Positions 38,738 through 48,357 are shown, counted from the first letter of the stretch. The stretch: DNA of 64,000 bases from Candidatus Limnocylindrales bacterium (GCA_038245515.1 JBBRSJ010000007.1:18461-82460); one strand, 5' to 3'. Notes: generated by a model not told the origin, from the letters alone. Translations and numbers: made by a program.

Positions 38738-41700
38738 TCATGGGGCGGCGCTCGGGGCCGGGCTCGGCCCGGCGCTGGAGGACAGACTCGGCGCCGGCGC
38801 AGGCGAGGAGCTCCCGCCGGTCAGGTTGTCAAGCTGGGCGAGGGCCTGCTTGACGAGCTCGATCTCCATTCCGTACCGCGCGAAGTCGCCGTTGCGGAGT
38901 GCCGTCTGGGCGAGCTCGAAGTGCTGGTTGGCATAGGTGACGAGTTGGGCGACATCGCCCGACGGCGGCTGCTGCGAGCCACCCGGACCCGGCGTCGGCG
39001 TGGCGGTCGGGCCCGGGGTCTGCCCCGGCGAGGGCGACGGAACCGGTTCACCGCCGGCCTCTCTGGCAAGGAGCAGGTTGAGGGCCTCCGTGAGGGTCGT
39101 GCCCCACACGATGTTCCGCGGCGATGCCACGACGATCCGCTGGAACGCCGGGAACTTGGCGCTGGCCGACTGGAGGTAGACGGGCTGGAGGTAGATCAAC
39201 GAGCCGCCGACCGGGACGACGATCAGGTTGCCCCGGACGACCGTGCTGCCGGACTGGTCCCAGAGCGTGACCTGGGCGCTGATCACCGGGTCCGAATCGA
39301 TCTGGGCCTCGACCTGGGCCGGTCCGAAGATCGAGCTCTCACTCGGGAAGCGGAAGACGGTCGTCTTGCCGCGCACGCCCGGGTCGTTCTGGGCGGCGAC
39401 CCACGCGATCATGTTCGGACGGTCCTTCGGGATCATCGGCTGGAGCAGGAGGAACTCGGCCTTTGCGGCGCCCGGCATGCGCATGACGACGTAGTAGGCC
39501 TCGTTCGGCAGGCTCTGCTTGCTGCTTGCGGCAGCGGGGACCGTCCACAGGTCGTTCTGGGTGTAGAACGTCGCGGGGTCCGTCACGTGGTAGCGGCCGT
39601 ACATCCGGGTCTGGACGTCGAACAGCTCCTCGGGCACCCGGAGGTGCGGCACGAGATCAGCCGGGAGCTCCGAGAGCGGGTGGAACAGCGTCGGGAAGAT
39701 GCCCTGCCAGGCGCGGATCAGCGGGTCGGTGTCGTCGGACACGTAGAAGGTCATCGACCCGTCGTACGCGTCCATGACGATCTTCACGCTGTTCCGCAGG
39801 TAGTTGATCGGCGTGTCGCCGAGACCGGTTGCACCGAGCTCGGCGGCCGGATTGAACGACTGGGCGTGGGGGAACGCGTCGCTCGTCGTGAACGCGTCCT
39901 GGATGTACTTCAGGCGGCCGCTCCCGTCGACGACCAGGTACGGATCCTTGTCGTACTTCAGGAACGGTGCGATCAGCGGCAGCCGCTCGCCCAGTGTCCG
40001 ATGGAACAGGAGCTGGCTGTTGTTCGTGACCTGGTCGCTGATCAGCAGGTCGAAGTCTCGGAAGCGCATGGCGAACAGCAGCCGGTTGAGGGTCGTGTCG
40101 AGCGGGATCCCGGTGGTGCCCGACCACGAAGTCGTCACCGCGTCCGAATCGCCGGCGGTGCTCGTCGCGTCGGCCACGCCGCGCGGGTAGTCGAACTCGG
40201 GCTGGCGGGCGTCGACGACGATGTAGTCGCTCGGACGCTCGCCGAAGTAGATCCGGAACTGCTTGACCGGCGGCGCGCCCTCGGTCGAGACCGGTGGCAG
40301 GTTCGAGATGATGAGATGGGGCTGGCCCTGCGAGGCGACCTCGTTGACCGGGACCATCGCGGCGCCCACGCCGTGGGTGTAGACGATCCGTTGGTTGACC
40401 CAGCCGGTCGCGCTCGGGTTCTTGTCGAGTGCGAGCTCACGGCCGGACAGCATGACCTGGCGAAGCTGGCCGTTGAGCAGGTAGCGGTCCGTGTCGACGT
40501 CGACGAAGTCGTAGTACTGGCGAACGGTCTGGAGCTGGCCGAGCGTGTCGCCGAGCGGGCGGTAGTCCCACAGCCGGGCGTTGGCGAAGGTGTCGGCGTC
40601 CGCCGCGACGACGGCCGAGGTGAGCGGAGCGCTCCCTTGGTACGGCTGGTCGGTCCATTGGTCGAGCCCGAACGCCAGCCTCGTCATCTTGATGTTGTTC
40701 GCGATGTACTGCTGCTCCTGGGCCTGCTGGTTCGGCACGACGACCAGCCGCTGGACGACCTCCGGGTAGATCCGGCCGATCGCGATCGAGGCGATGAACC
40801 AGACGGCGACGGTCAGGGTGACCGGCCAGAGGACGCGGGCGAAGGCGCCGCCGACGAGGAGCGCTGCGGCGATCGCCGAAAGGGCGGTCAGGACGTCGTA
40901 CGCCAGGAACTGGGCATGCTCGTCGGTGAAGCTGACGCCGGTCGCGATCCCTCGGTCGCTATGGACGAGCTCGAACTTGTCGAGCTGGTAGCCGAGGGCG
41001 ATCGACATCAGGAACAGCCCGGCCAGGATGCCGAGATGGACGCGGACCGGGGTCCCGAACACCGCTCCGCCATTCATCGCCGAGAGGAAGTAGCGCGCTC
41101 CGGCCACGAGCAAGGCGGCCACGAGCAGCCCGTTGACGAGGGTCTGCAGGAGCCGCAGGAACGGCAGATCGAACAGGAAGAACGAGATGTCCCGGCCGAA
41201 CACCGGATCGACGACCGGGGTCCCGGTCGGGCTGAAGGGAACTTGATGCTGCCAGAGGAGGATCGTCGCCCAGCTGCCGGCCACCGAACCGGCGACGCCG
41301 ATGGCCGCGAGGACCGCGATGACGACGATCACGACCCGACCGACCGGCACTGGGTCCGGCAGGTCCATGGCCCCGACGGTCGTCGGCTCGGACTCGCCCG
41401 GGCGTCCCCACTGGCTTCGCCCGGAGCGGGATTGCTCCGCGTTTGCGGCGGCCTCGTTGAGACGGTCGAGCCAGCTGCGGAGCGTCCCGCCCGACGCGCC
41501 GGGATCGCCGCCGGACGGGGCCAGTCGGCCGGCCAGCCACAGATTCCCGAGGAGGATCACGAGGGCCCCGACGAGGCCGAGCAGGAAAAGGCCTCCCTGC
41601 GCGCCGAGGCGGGTGAAGAAGACCTGGTCGAAGCCGACGCTCCGATACCACAGGATATCGGTCCAGAGCTGGATCCCGAACGTGAACATGACGATGAGGA

Positions 41701-42088
41701 ACACGACGACGAGGACGGCGACGACTGTCGTCAGACGCGAGCGGATGGAGACGCCGCCGTCGCGCGGCCCACCCGGGCTCGTGGCGGTCCGCCGCGGGGG
41801 ACGTGGCGGAGGCGGGCTGCCAGCACTTGAGCGACCGTCGAGCGGGACACCTGGGCCGCGCCGCCGGACCGGCGGTGGCCGGAGCGGGATGGGCTGTGGC
41901 TCGTCGGATCCGGCGTCGTCGTCGGCGGCGGTTTCGTCCCCGTCGGACCCCTCCGGGCGGACGTCGTCGTCGTCCCCGGCGGCGCCATCCGCCTCGTCCT
42001 GGGCGTGGTCGTCGGGCGCGGGTCGGCCGCCTGCCTGGGCCTGCCGGCGCCGCAGTTCCTTCATGAATTCATCGAAGAGATCGCCCAC
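38738..42088 (-). CDS. UPF0182 family membrane protein
   Basis: DPVFGRDISFFLF, NIKMTRLAFGL, RLWDYRPL, YTHGVG, NYLRNSVK, RGNLIVVP. Confidence 0.95.
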   Translation of the reverse strand: MGDLFDEFMKELRRRQAQAGGRPAPDDHAQDEADGAAGDDDDVRPEGSDGDETAADDDAGSDEPQPIPLRPPPVRRRGPGVPLDGRSSAGSPPPPRPPRRTATSPGGPRDGGVSIRSRLTTVVAVLVVVFLIVMFTFGIQLWTDILWYRSVGFDQVFFTRLGAQGGLFLLGLVGALVILLGNLWLAGRLAPSGGDPGASGGTLRSWLDRLNEAAANAEQSRSGRSQWGRPGESEPTTVGAMDLPDPVPVGRVVIVVIAVLAAIGVAGSVAGSWATILLWQHQVPFSPTGTPVVDPVFGRDISFFLFDLPFLRLLQTLVNGLLVAALLVAGARYFLSAMNGGAVFGTPVRVHLGILAGLFLMSIALGYQLDKFELVHSDRGIATGVSFTDEHAQFLAYDVLTALSAIAAALLVGGAFARVLWPVTLTVAVWFIASIAIGRIYPEVVQRLVVVPNQQAQEQQYIANNIKMTRLAFGLDQWTDQPYQGSAPLTSAVVAADADTFANARLWDYRPLGDTLGQLQTVRQYYDFVDVDTDRYLLNGQLRQVMLSGRELALDKNPSATGWVNQRIVYTHGVGAAMVPVNEVASQGQPHLIISNLPPVSTEGAPPVKQFRIYFGERPSDYIVVDARQPEFDYPRGVADATSTAGDSDAVTTSWSGTTGIPLDTTLNRLLFAMRFRDFDLLISDQVTNNSQLLFHRTLGERLPLIAPFLKYDKDPYLVVDGSGRLKYIQDAFTTSDAFPHAQSFNPAAELGATGLGDTPINYLRNSVKIVMDAYDGSMTFYVSDDTDPLIRAWQGIFPTLFHPLSELPADLVPHLRVPEELFDVQTRMYGRYHVTDPATFYTQNDLWTVPAAASSKQSLPNEAYYVVMRMPGAAKAEFLLLQPMIPKDRPNMIAWVAAQNDPGVRGKTTVFRFPSESSIFGPAQVEAQIDSDPVISAQVTLWDQSGSTVVRGNLIVVPVGGSLIYLQPVYLQSASAKFPAFQRIVVASPRNIVWGTTLTEALNLLLAREAGGEPVPSPSPGQTPGPTATPTPGPGGSQQPPSGDVAQLVTYANQHFELAQTALRNGDFARYGMEIELVKQALAQLDNLTGGSSSPAPAPSLSSSAGPSPAPSAAP

Positions 42089-42107
42089 TCAGCTGCGAGT
42101 CTAGACG

Positions 42108-42569
42108 CTACGGCCGCGACAGGCCTTCGAGGGACCGACGGAACGCGCTCAAGACGGTCTCGGAGAGCTCGTTCGGGCGCATCGCCGCCGCTCGCATCGG
42201 CTCCCAGCGGAACGCGGCCCGGATCGCCGCGGGCACCCGCCACGGGCGGGTCGGGTCGTCCGCGGGCACGACGGTCGCGATTCGGATGCACAGCCGCCCG
42301 GCGTCCTCGAGGATCATTCCGCTCAGGGCCCCGGCCAAAGACGGGCCGAGCCGGACGAGGGGCGGATCTGGCCGCGGGCCAGCCGCCGGGGCGAGGTCGA
42401 CGAAGGACACGACGCCCTCGTCATCGGCCGTCCAGACGATCGCGAGCCACCAGCCGTCGTCGGTCGTGGTGGGCTGGCTCATCCCGAGGCGGAACCGGCG
42501 ACCGTTGCTCGTCTCGAGCGCCTGCTCGCGGAGGAATGACGGACCGGGTGGTGGCAGGCGATCGGGCAC
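42108..42569 (-). CDS. Hypothetical protein
   Basis: Non-shadow-like composition, TATCGT -10 box 6 nt upstream of GTG. Confidence 0.7.
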   Translation of the reverse strand: MPDRLPPPGPSFLREQALETSNGRRFRLGMSQPTTTDDGWWLAIVWTADDEGVVSFVDLAPAAGPRPDPPLVRLGPSLAGALSGMILEDAGRLCIRIATVVPADDPTRPWRVPAAIRAAFRWEPMRAAAMRPNELSETVLSAFRRSLEGLSRP

Positions 42570-42602
42570 GGCCGAACGATAGTCGAGGGGCGAAACCCGG
42601 GT

Positions 42603-43145
42603 TCAGGCGGGCGGCGCCTCGTCGTGGCCGTCGGCCGATTCGGCTGCGGTGGCGGCGACGGGTGTCTCGGGCGCGCTTTCGGCCTCCTCCGTCACGCTCT
42701 CGTCGGCCGCAGCTTCCGCTGGACCTGCGGCGGTCGGCTCAAGCGATCGGCCTTCCTCGACCGCGGCGTCGGCCGCCATGGCCTCGACCTCGGCCTGGGC
42801 GTTGGCGACCTGGGCCTCGAGCTCGAGGCGGAGCATCTCGCGGCGGACGGCCGCCGGGGGCGGAGCGAGGGAGCCGGGCGCCGCAGTCGCGGCCCCGCCG
42901 TCTTCGTAGTCCCCGCTGATCCAGCCAAGGAGCCGGCTGCGCGGCTTGGCCTTGGCAGCCCGCGCGTTTCGCAGGATCGCCTCGGCGTCGATCGCGGTCA
43001 GCCCCGGAAGGGACGTGTCGCCGTCGCCGAGCAGCGTCGCGCCGCACGACGGACAGGTGACCTCGTGGTCCGACGGCAGAGGCGCCGAGCACCAGTTGCA
43101 GTGTGGCGTGGGCATGGACCCCCCGGCCGTTGCTTCGTCCAGCAT
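42603..43145 (-). CDS. Hypothetical zinc-ribbon protein with coiled-coil, acidic tail
   Basis: CNWC...CPSCG; TACAGT 6 nt upstream of ATG 43145 (alternative start 43115). Confidence 0.72.
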   Translation of the reverse strand: MLDEATAGGSMPTPHCNWCSAPLPSDHEVTCPSCGATLLGDGDTSLPGLTAIDAEAILRNARAAKAKPRSRLLGWISGDYEDGGAATAAPGSLAPPPAAVRREMLRLELEAQVANAQAEVEAMAADAAVEEGRSLEPTAAGPAEAAADESVTEEAESAPETPVAATAAESADGHDEAPPA

Positions 43146-43224
43146 GCCGTCACTGTAACGCCTGCCGCAGCGCCTTGAACCACCCGATCGGGCTAGGACG
43201 GTCGCAGCTGATCGCGTGCCAGCC

Positions 43225-45030
43225 TCATTCCCACTCAATCGTGGCCGGCGGCTTGGAGCTGATGTCATAGACGACCCGGTTGACGCCGGGGACTTCGTTG
43301 ACGATCCGTGAGCTGATCTTGCCGAGGACGTCGTAGGGCAGCTTCGCCCAGTCCGCGGTCATCCCGTCCTCGGACGTGACGGCGCGGATCGCGACGACGT
43401 TCGCGTACGTCCGGCCGTCGCCCATGACCCCGACCGAACGGACGGGCGTGAGGATCGCGAACGATTGCCACAGCGACCGGTAGAGGCCCGCCGCCTTGAT
43501 CTCGTCGATGACGATCCAGTCGGCCTCGCGGAGGGTGTCGAGCCGCTCGGCAGTGACCTCGCCGAGGATCCGGATCGCGAGCCCCGGCCCCGGGAACGGC
43601 TGGCGGAGGACCATCGCCTCGGGCAGGCCCATCTCGAGACCGACGGCCCGGACCTCGTCCTTGAACAGGTAGCGCAGCGGCTCGATCAGCTGGAAGCTGA
43701 GGTCGGCCGGCAGCCCGCCGACGTTGTGATGCGTCTTGATCTTCTGGGCGGCCTTCGTCTCCGAGGTCGCGCTCTCGATCACGTCCGGGTAGAGCGTGCC
43801 CTGGGTCAGGAAGTCGATCCGGCCGGCATCGCCCTTGATCCGCTCGGCCTCCTCCTCGAACACCCGGATGAACTCGTCGCCGATGATCTTCCGCTTCTGC
43901 TCGGGGTCCTCGACGCCGGCGAGCCGGGCGAGGAAGCGCTCGCGGGCGTCGACCATCACGAGGTTCATCCCGAGGTCCCGCTCGAAGGTGACCCGGAGCA
44001 GCTCCGATTCCTTCTTCCGCATCAGGCCGTGGTCGACGTAGATGCACGTCAGGCGATCCCCCACCGCGCGATGGACGAGGGCCGCGGCGACCGCCGAATC
44101 GACCCCGCCGGACAGGGCGCAGATCACCCGGCCGTCGGAGCCCGCCGCGGCCGCGTGGGCGTCGACCCGCTCGCGGATCCCGGCGACCGTCTGGTCGATG
44201 AAGTTCGCCGGCGTCCACGTCTGGGAGGCCCCGGCGATCCCGACGACGAAGTTGCGCAGGACGTCGCGGCCCTTCGGAGTGTGGACGACCTCGGGGTGGA
44301 ACTGGATGCCGTATAGGTTGCGGTCCGGTGCCTGGAGTCCGGCGAACGCCGTCGAATCGGTCTGGGCCGTGGCGGTGAATCCGTCAGGCAGCCTGGTGAT
44401 CGAGTCGCCGTGGCTCATCCAGACCGGCTGGTCGCGATCGAGGCCCGCGAACAGGCCGTCACCGTTGGTGATGGTCACGTTCGCCGGGCCGTACTCGCGC
44501 TTGCTCGTGGCGACCACGTCGCCGCCGAGCTCGCGGGCCATCAGCTGGGCGCCGTAGCAGATACCGAGGACGGGGATCCGTCCCGACCAGATGCCGGCGT
44601 CGGCCATCGGAGCGCCCTCGTCATAGACGGACATCGGGCCGCCCGACAAAATGATCGCCTTGGGGTTGCGCCGCTCGATCTCGGCCCACGGCGTGTCGTG
44701 CGGAATCAGCTCGGAGTAGACGTTCAGCTCGCGCACCCGCCGGGCGATCAGCTGGGCGAACTGGCTGCCGAAATCCAGGACGACGACCGAGTCGGGCTCG
44801 GCGGTGTCGGGCCGGTCGGCCGGTGTCCGGGTCGGCGCCGGAGCGTTGAGAGCGGTCTCGAGGTAGGCCTCGACCTCGGCGTCGTCCGGGGCGAGGACCC
44901 GATGCCCCGCGTTGGCGGGTTCGCCGTGGACGGTCTTGCCACGGTCGGCGGGCGGTGCCGACGGCGGCCCTGAGGGGCCCGCCGCGTCGATCGATGGATC
45001 CTGCTGTGCCTCGGCCACGCCGTCCGCCAA
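43225..45030 (-). CDS. guaA: GMP synthase (glutamine-hydrolysing)
   Basis: [48 protein letters not shown]; long N-terminal extension. Confidence 0.98.
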   Translation of the reverse strand: MADGVAEAQQDPSIDAAGPSGPPSAPPADRGKTVHGEPANAGHRVLAPDDAEVEAYLETALNAPAPTRTPADRPDTAEPDSVVVLDFGSQFAQLIARRVRELNVYSELIPHDTPWAEIERRNPKAIILSGGPMSVYDEGAPMADAGIWSGRIPVLGICYGAQLMARELGGDVVATSKREYGPANVTITNGDGLFAGLDRDQPVWMSHGDSITRLPDGFTATAQTDSTAFAGLQAPDRNLYGIQFHPEVVHTPKGRDVLRNFVVGIAGASQTWTPANFIDQTVAGIRERVDAHAAAAGSDGRVICALSGGVDSAVAAALVHRAVGDRLTCIYVDHGLMRKKESELLRVTFERDLGMNLVMVDARERFLARLAGVEDPEQKRKIIGDEFIRVFEEEAERIKGDAGRIDFLTQGTLYPDVIESATSETKAAQKIKTHHNVGGLPADLSFQLIEPLRYLFKDEVRAVGLEMGLPEAMVLRQPFPGPGLAIRILGEVTAERLDTLREADWIVIDEIKAAGLYRSLWQSFAILTPVRSVGVMGDGRTYANVVAIRAVTSEDGMTADWAKLPYDVLGKISSRIVNEVPGVNRVVYDISSKPPATIEWE

Positions 45031-45111
45031 TGGTCACCCTCCGCCGCCCGCTCCGCCTCGCCCAAGTCTACCCGCCACCGGGTGGCCGGTCGCATCCGGG
45101 AGGGATACGAG

Positions 45112-45492
45112 TCATTCGCGGTTGCGCATCGCCTCGGCGGCCATGTCGATATAGGCGAGGAGACGCTCCGCGACGGCCGCCGGCGGATCCGACCAGGCGA
45201 TCGCCTCGCGCATCAGGCGCAGCCAGGCGTCACGCTCGGCCGGACCGATGGCGAACGGCACATGGCGCATCCTGAGGCGGGGATGGCCGCGTTCCGCGTC
45301 GTACGTCCGCGGGCCGCCCCAGTACTGGGCGAAGAACAGCGTCAGCCGGTGGCGGGCGCCCTCGAGGTCTGCCGGCGGATAGAGCGGCCCGAGGACCGGA
45401 TCCGCGGCGACACCGTCATAGAAGCGGCCGATCAACATTTCGAAGAACGGCATCCCGCCAGCGGCGTCGTAGAGCGTCCGTTGCTCGATCAC
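45112..45492 (-). CDS. Group II truncated haemoglobin (trHbO-like)
   Basis: LYDAAGG, FYDGV, QYWGGP, RGHPRLRMRH, ERDAWL; TAGAAT 7 nt upstream of GTG. Confidence 0.92.
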   Translation of the reverse strand: MIEQRTLYDAAGGMPFFEMLIGRFYDGVAADPVLGPLYPPADLEGARHRLTLFFAQYWGGPRTYDAERGHPRLRMRHVPFAIGPAERDAWLRLMREAIAWSDPPAAVAERLLAYIDMAAEAMRNRE

Positions 45493-45784
45493 GAGTCCGA
45501 TTCTACGGGCGACGCGTTAACGGGCACGGGAGTCGCGTCAACGGGCGATGCCGGCGAAGCTCGGGCCGAACACGACGCGGCGGCGCTCGATCGGGCTCAG
45601 TCGGGCGAGCACCGGAACCCGCCCGGCGGCGATCCCGAGGACGGTATGGACCGCCGCGGCCCCCACGACGAAACCGGGACCCGCGGAGGCATCGGCGCCG
45701 ATGGGCCGCCCGCCGGTCGGGAGCGCGACTGCGCCGAGGATCGCGAGACCGCCGCACCAGATGCCCGGATCAGGTCGCATGAAT

Positions 45785-45822
45785 CGAGACGACCGGCCCG
45801 CATGCTGCGGTCGGTCGTCTCG
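45785..45822 (-). terminator. Strong GC hairpin downstream of the 70-aa ORF (possible terminator)
   Basis: Arms CGAGACGACCG / CGGTCGTCTCG; no clear U-tract. Confidence 0.45.
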
Positions 45823-45834
45823 GGGAGCGGCGTA

Positions 45835-45886
45835 TTCGGTTGTTCTTCAGTTGTTGGACGCGTCTTCGATTGTTCTTCGGTTGTCT
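45835..45886. repeat. 11-bp-period direct repeats (TTCRRTTGTTC), two 22-mers 30 bp apart
   Basis: ttcggttgttc-ttcagttgttg and ttcgattgttc-ttcggttgtct; same unit recurs at 47318-47350. Confidence 0.8.
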
Positions 45887-45906
45887 GGCAGTCGTCTGAG
45901 ATCGGG

Positions 45907-46119
45907 TCAGGCGACCGTTTGAACGAAGGTCGGGATTCGCCAGTCCTGGTCCGGGGCGATCCGCCGGTCGGCGGTCTCGCCGTGGTCCTGGGCCAACGCG
46001 GCGAAGAAGGCGGTGCGACGCCGGGAGACGATCCGGGCGTCCTTGCATGGACAACCCTCGACGAGGCACCCGCGACGGCCACGGTCCCCGTGCTGGCGGA
46101 TGACCTGCTGGCTGTCCAT
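45907..46119 (-). CDS. Small hypothetical protein (70 aa) with H..CxxxxCxC motif
   Basis: MDSQQVIRQHGDRGRRGCLVEGCPCKD...; AGGAG/GGAG RBS upstream. Confidence 0.65.
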   Translation of the reverse strand: MDSQQVIRQHGDRGRRGCLVEGCPCKDARIVSRRRTAFFAALAQDHGETADRRIAPDQDWRIPTFVQTVA

Positions 46120-46336
46120 GGTGCGACTCCGTTTCTCCTGGCTGCGGGCCCGAATATCCCGGACCTCGATGCTCGACACTGTGCGTCCTGGCCGATTTCA
46201 GCGGCATGGGCTCGTGCCGCTGCCGCATTACGACCGATGTCGTACTTGTCATCGGTCAAGACGGGCGGCGCCGGCGGTTGTGACCGGTATGTCGCGCGGC
46301 CGACAAGCCGCGTTCACGCACGAAGGAGTTCGCTCG

Positions 46337-47230
46337 ATGACCTATTCGATCGTGGCGCGCGACCCGGCGAGCGGTCGGTTCGGGATCGCGATCCAGACTT
46401 GCTGGCCGTTCGTCGGTGCGGGGTGCCCGTGGGTCGAATCCGGGGTCGGCGCAGTCGTGACCCAGTCGTTCACGGAGGTCGCCCACGGCCCGAACGGGCT
46501 CGAGCTGCTGCGCAGCGGCACGCCGGCGGCCGACGCGCTCGCGACGCTCCTGGCCACGGACCCGGGGGCTGCCGTCCGCCAGGTCGGGATCGTCGACGCC
46601 GCGGGGCGATCCGCCGCCCACACCGGAGATCGCTGCGTCGAGGCGGCCGGGCACGTCACGGCGGACGGCGTGTCGATCCAGGCCAACATGATGGAACGGG
46701 CGGCGGTCTGGCCGGCGATGCTCGCGGCGTGGCAGGCCAGCGCCGCCGCCGACCTCGTCGATCGGCTGTTCGCGGCGCTCCGGGCGGCCGAAGGCGAGGG
46801 CGGCGACATCCGCGGTCGCCAGTCCGCGGTGCTGATCGTCTCGGGGGCGCCCGGCGACCCTCCGTGGAAGCGGGACGTGGATCTCCGGGTCGACGACCAT
46901 TCCGCCCCGCTCGACGAGCTCGAACGGCTCATCCGGCTCCATCGCGGCTTCGAAGCGCTCGATCTGGCCGAGGAGCGCGGCCGCACCGGCGATCTCGACG
47001 GGGCGCAAGCAGCCGGCGCGGAGGCGACCCGGCTCGCGCCCGGCGACGGCCAGGTCCTGGTGTGGCAGGCGCTCGAGATGACCGCCGCGGGCCTGATCGA
47101 GCCGGCCCGCGAGCTGCTCGCCAGCGCGACCGCGCAGAACCCGCGCTGGCCCGAGTTCGTCCGGCGGTTCGCGGCATCCGGCGCCCAGCCGGAGCTCGTC
47201 GATCCGGCACGGACGCTCGTTGGCGACTGA
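46337..47230 (+). CDS. DUF1028 domain protein (Ntn-hydrolase-like) with TPR-like C-terminus
   Basis: MTYSIVARD start, RQVGIVD, AAHTG, GGDIRGRQSA, DLRVDDH; AAGGAG RBS. Confidence 0.9.
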   Translation: MTYSIVARDPASGRFGIAIQTCWPFVGAGCPWVESGVGAVVTQSFTEVAHGPNGLELLRSGTPAADALATLLATDPGAAVRQVGIVDAAGRSAAHTGDRCVEAAGHVTADGVSIQANMMERAAVWPAMLAAWQASAAADLVDRLFAALRAAEGEGGDIRGRQSAVLIVSGAPGDPPWKRDVDLRVDDHSAPLDELERLIRLHRGFEALDLAEERGRTGDLDGAQAAGAEATRLAPGDGQVLVWQALEMTAAGLIEPARELLASATAQNPRWPEFVRRFAASGAQPELVDPARTLVGD

Positions 47231-47317
47231 GACAAACCGGCCGCTGAGCGCCGGAACGCCAAACGACCGTAGGCGGTGGGGCACCACCGGCTCCGGTCGC
47301 AGGCTGCTGCAACGCTC

Positions 47318-47350
47318 TTCGATTGTTCCTCGGTTGTTCTTCAGTTGGTC
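47318..47350. repeat. Three tandem 11-bp units TTCGATTGTTC-CTCGGTTGTTC-TTCAGTTGGTC
   Basis: Seen directly; near-identical to the units at 45835-45886. Confidence 0.8.
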
Positions 47351-47420
47351 GGGGGGCGACGACGCACGCCCTGCGAGGGGCGATATCCCTAGGTTGGGCC
47401 GCGCGCTTCCAGCGAACCAC

Positions 47421-47617
47421 CGTCATTCGCCGCGAACGGCGTATGGCGAATGACGTAGACGGAGTCCAGACGGCGGAAACGCCGAACCGGCGCCGGTTTG
47501 GAGGAGACGGCGCCGCTTCGGCTTGGAGTGGCGACGACCGAAGGGAGGAGGAGGGAGGCCAGCGGTCGTCGCCGCGATTCAGTTTTCGATGACCGCCCGG
47601 GAGAGGCGGCTGGAGGT
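47421..47617. ncRNA. Candidate multi-hairpin sRNA with CCUCC-rich (minus) or GGAGG-rich (plus) loops
   Basis: Stems at 47421-47455, 47471-47484, 47488-47515, 47530-47573, 47593-47609; minus-strand loops include CCUCCCUCCUCCUCCC, UCUCCUCC, UCUCCC. Confidence 0.5.
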
Positions 47618-47740
47618 TCAGCGGGTGCGACTGGCCCGGGTGCGGGGTCGCGGCCGCCGCGGTCCGCCGAGCTTGAGCGCGGCGAGATCCAGGACGATCA
47701 GCGTTCCCAGAGACACGAGAAGGGTCCCGAGCGGGTCCAT
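47618..47740 (-). CDS. Microprotein (40 aa): single TM helix plus Arg-rich tail; absent from ORF track
   Basis: MDPLGTLLVSLGTLIVLDLAALKLGGPRRPRPRTRASRTR*; alternative in-frame ATG at 47764. Confidence 0.6.
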   Translation of the reverse strand: MDPLGTLLVSLGTLIVLDLAALKLGGPRRPRPRTRASRTR

Positions 47741-47932
47741 TTCGGTCCATCCATTGGTGGCCATCGGCAAGCGCCGTGTCGAAAGAGTGCGCGTCGTCCC
47801 GTTGCGTCGCCATCGTCCGAAGGTCGGGGATGGGGTGCGACGGATGACGTATTGCTCGCAGCTTCGACGTTTGATCGGGCTGGCCGTGACTCCCGCGTCG
47901 CGGGCGCGGCGGGCTGCGTTCTGATCCGCTCG

Positions 47933-48268
47933 TCAGCCGGCGTCGATCGGTCGGATCGCGAAGATCGGTCCGCTGCCGAGGCCCTCCGACGGGGTCCCGA
48001 AGCGAAGGATCAGCTCCCGAACGGCACGTCCCCGGCGCGGGTCGCGGTCGTCGAGGAGCTGGGCCTCACCGCGGAAGGCGCGGCTGAAGAGCTCGACGTC
48101 CACCGCCGGATCGGCGAGCAGATTCCGGCTCCACGCGCTGTTGGGTCCACCGGCGGCGACCAGGATCGACCCGTCGGGCTCCTCGACATAGCCGACGGTG
48201 ACCGCGCGCCACTCGCCACTGTGCCGGCCGCGGGTCCGAAGGCGCGCGAATCGCGTGTCGTCGGCCAT
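47933..48268 (-). CDS. Deazaflavin (F420)-dependent nitroreductase family protein (Ddn-like)
   Basis: LRTRGRHSGEWR, SAWSRNLLADP; start uncertain. Confidence 0.8.
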   Translation of the reverse strand: MADDTRFARLRTRGRHSGEWRAVTVGYVEEPDGSILVAAGGPNSAWSRNLLADPAVDVELFSRAFRGEAQLLDDRDPRRGRAVRELILRFGTPSEGLGSGPIFAIRPIDAG

Positions 48269-48357
48269 CGCGTCGTCGAGGTCCGGGATGCGCTCCGTGC
48301 CGCGGCCGGCCCCAGCCGGCCCGGCCGGCGGCGGTCGACGGTCGTCCTCGGGATCCG

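Noticed and set aside
1796-41830. Many long opposite-strand or alternate-frame ORFs (e.g. 4729-8169, 11725-13500, 29175-31277, 38312-41830)
   Set aside because: Shadow ORFs from high GC; Arg/Gly/Pro-rich or antisense to clearly recognisable genes
45538-45780. 80-aa hydrophobic ORF on the minus strand
   Set aside because: No RBS or -10 box, starts immediately after a strong hairpin, no recognisable motif; possibly a gene remnant but unsupported
45835-47350. Repeats considered as a CRISPR array
   Set aside because: Units are 11 bp without unique 30-40 bp spacers and there are no cas genes
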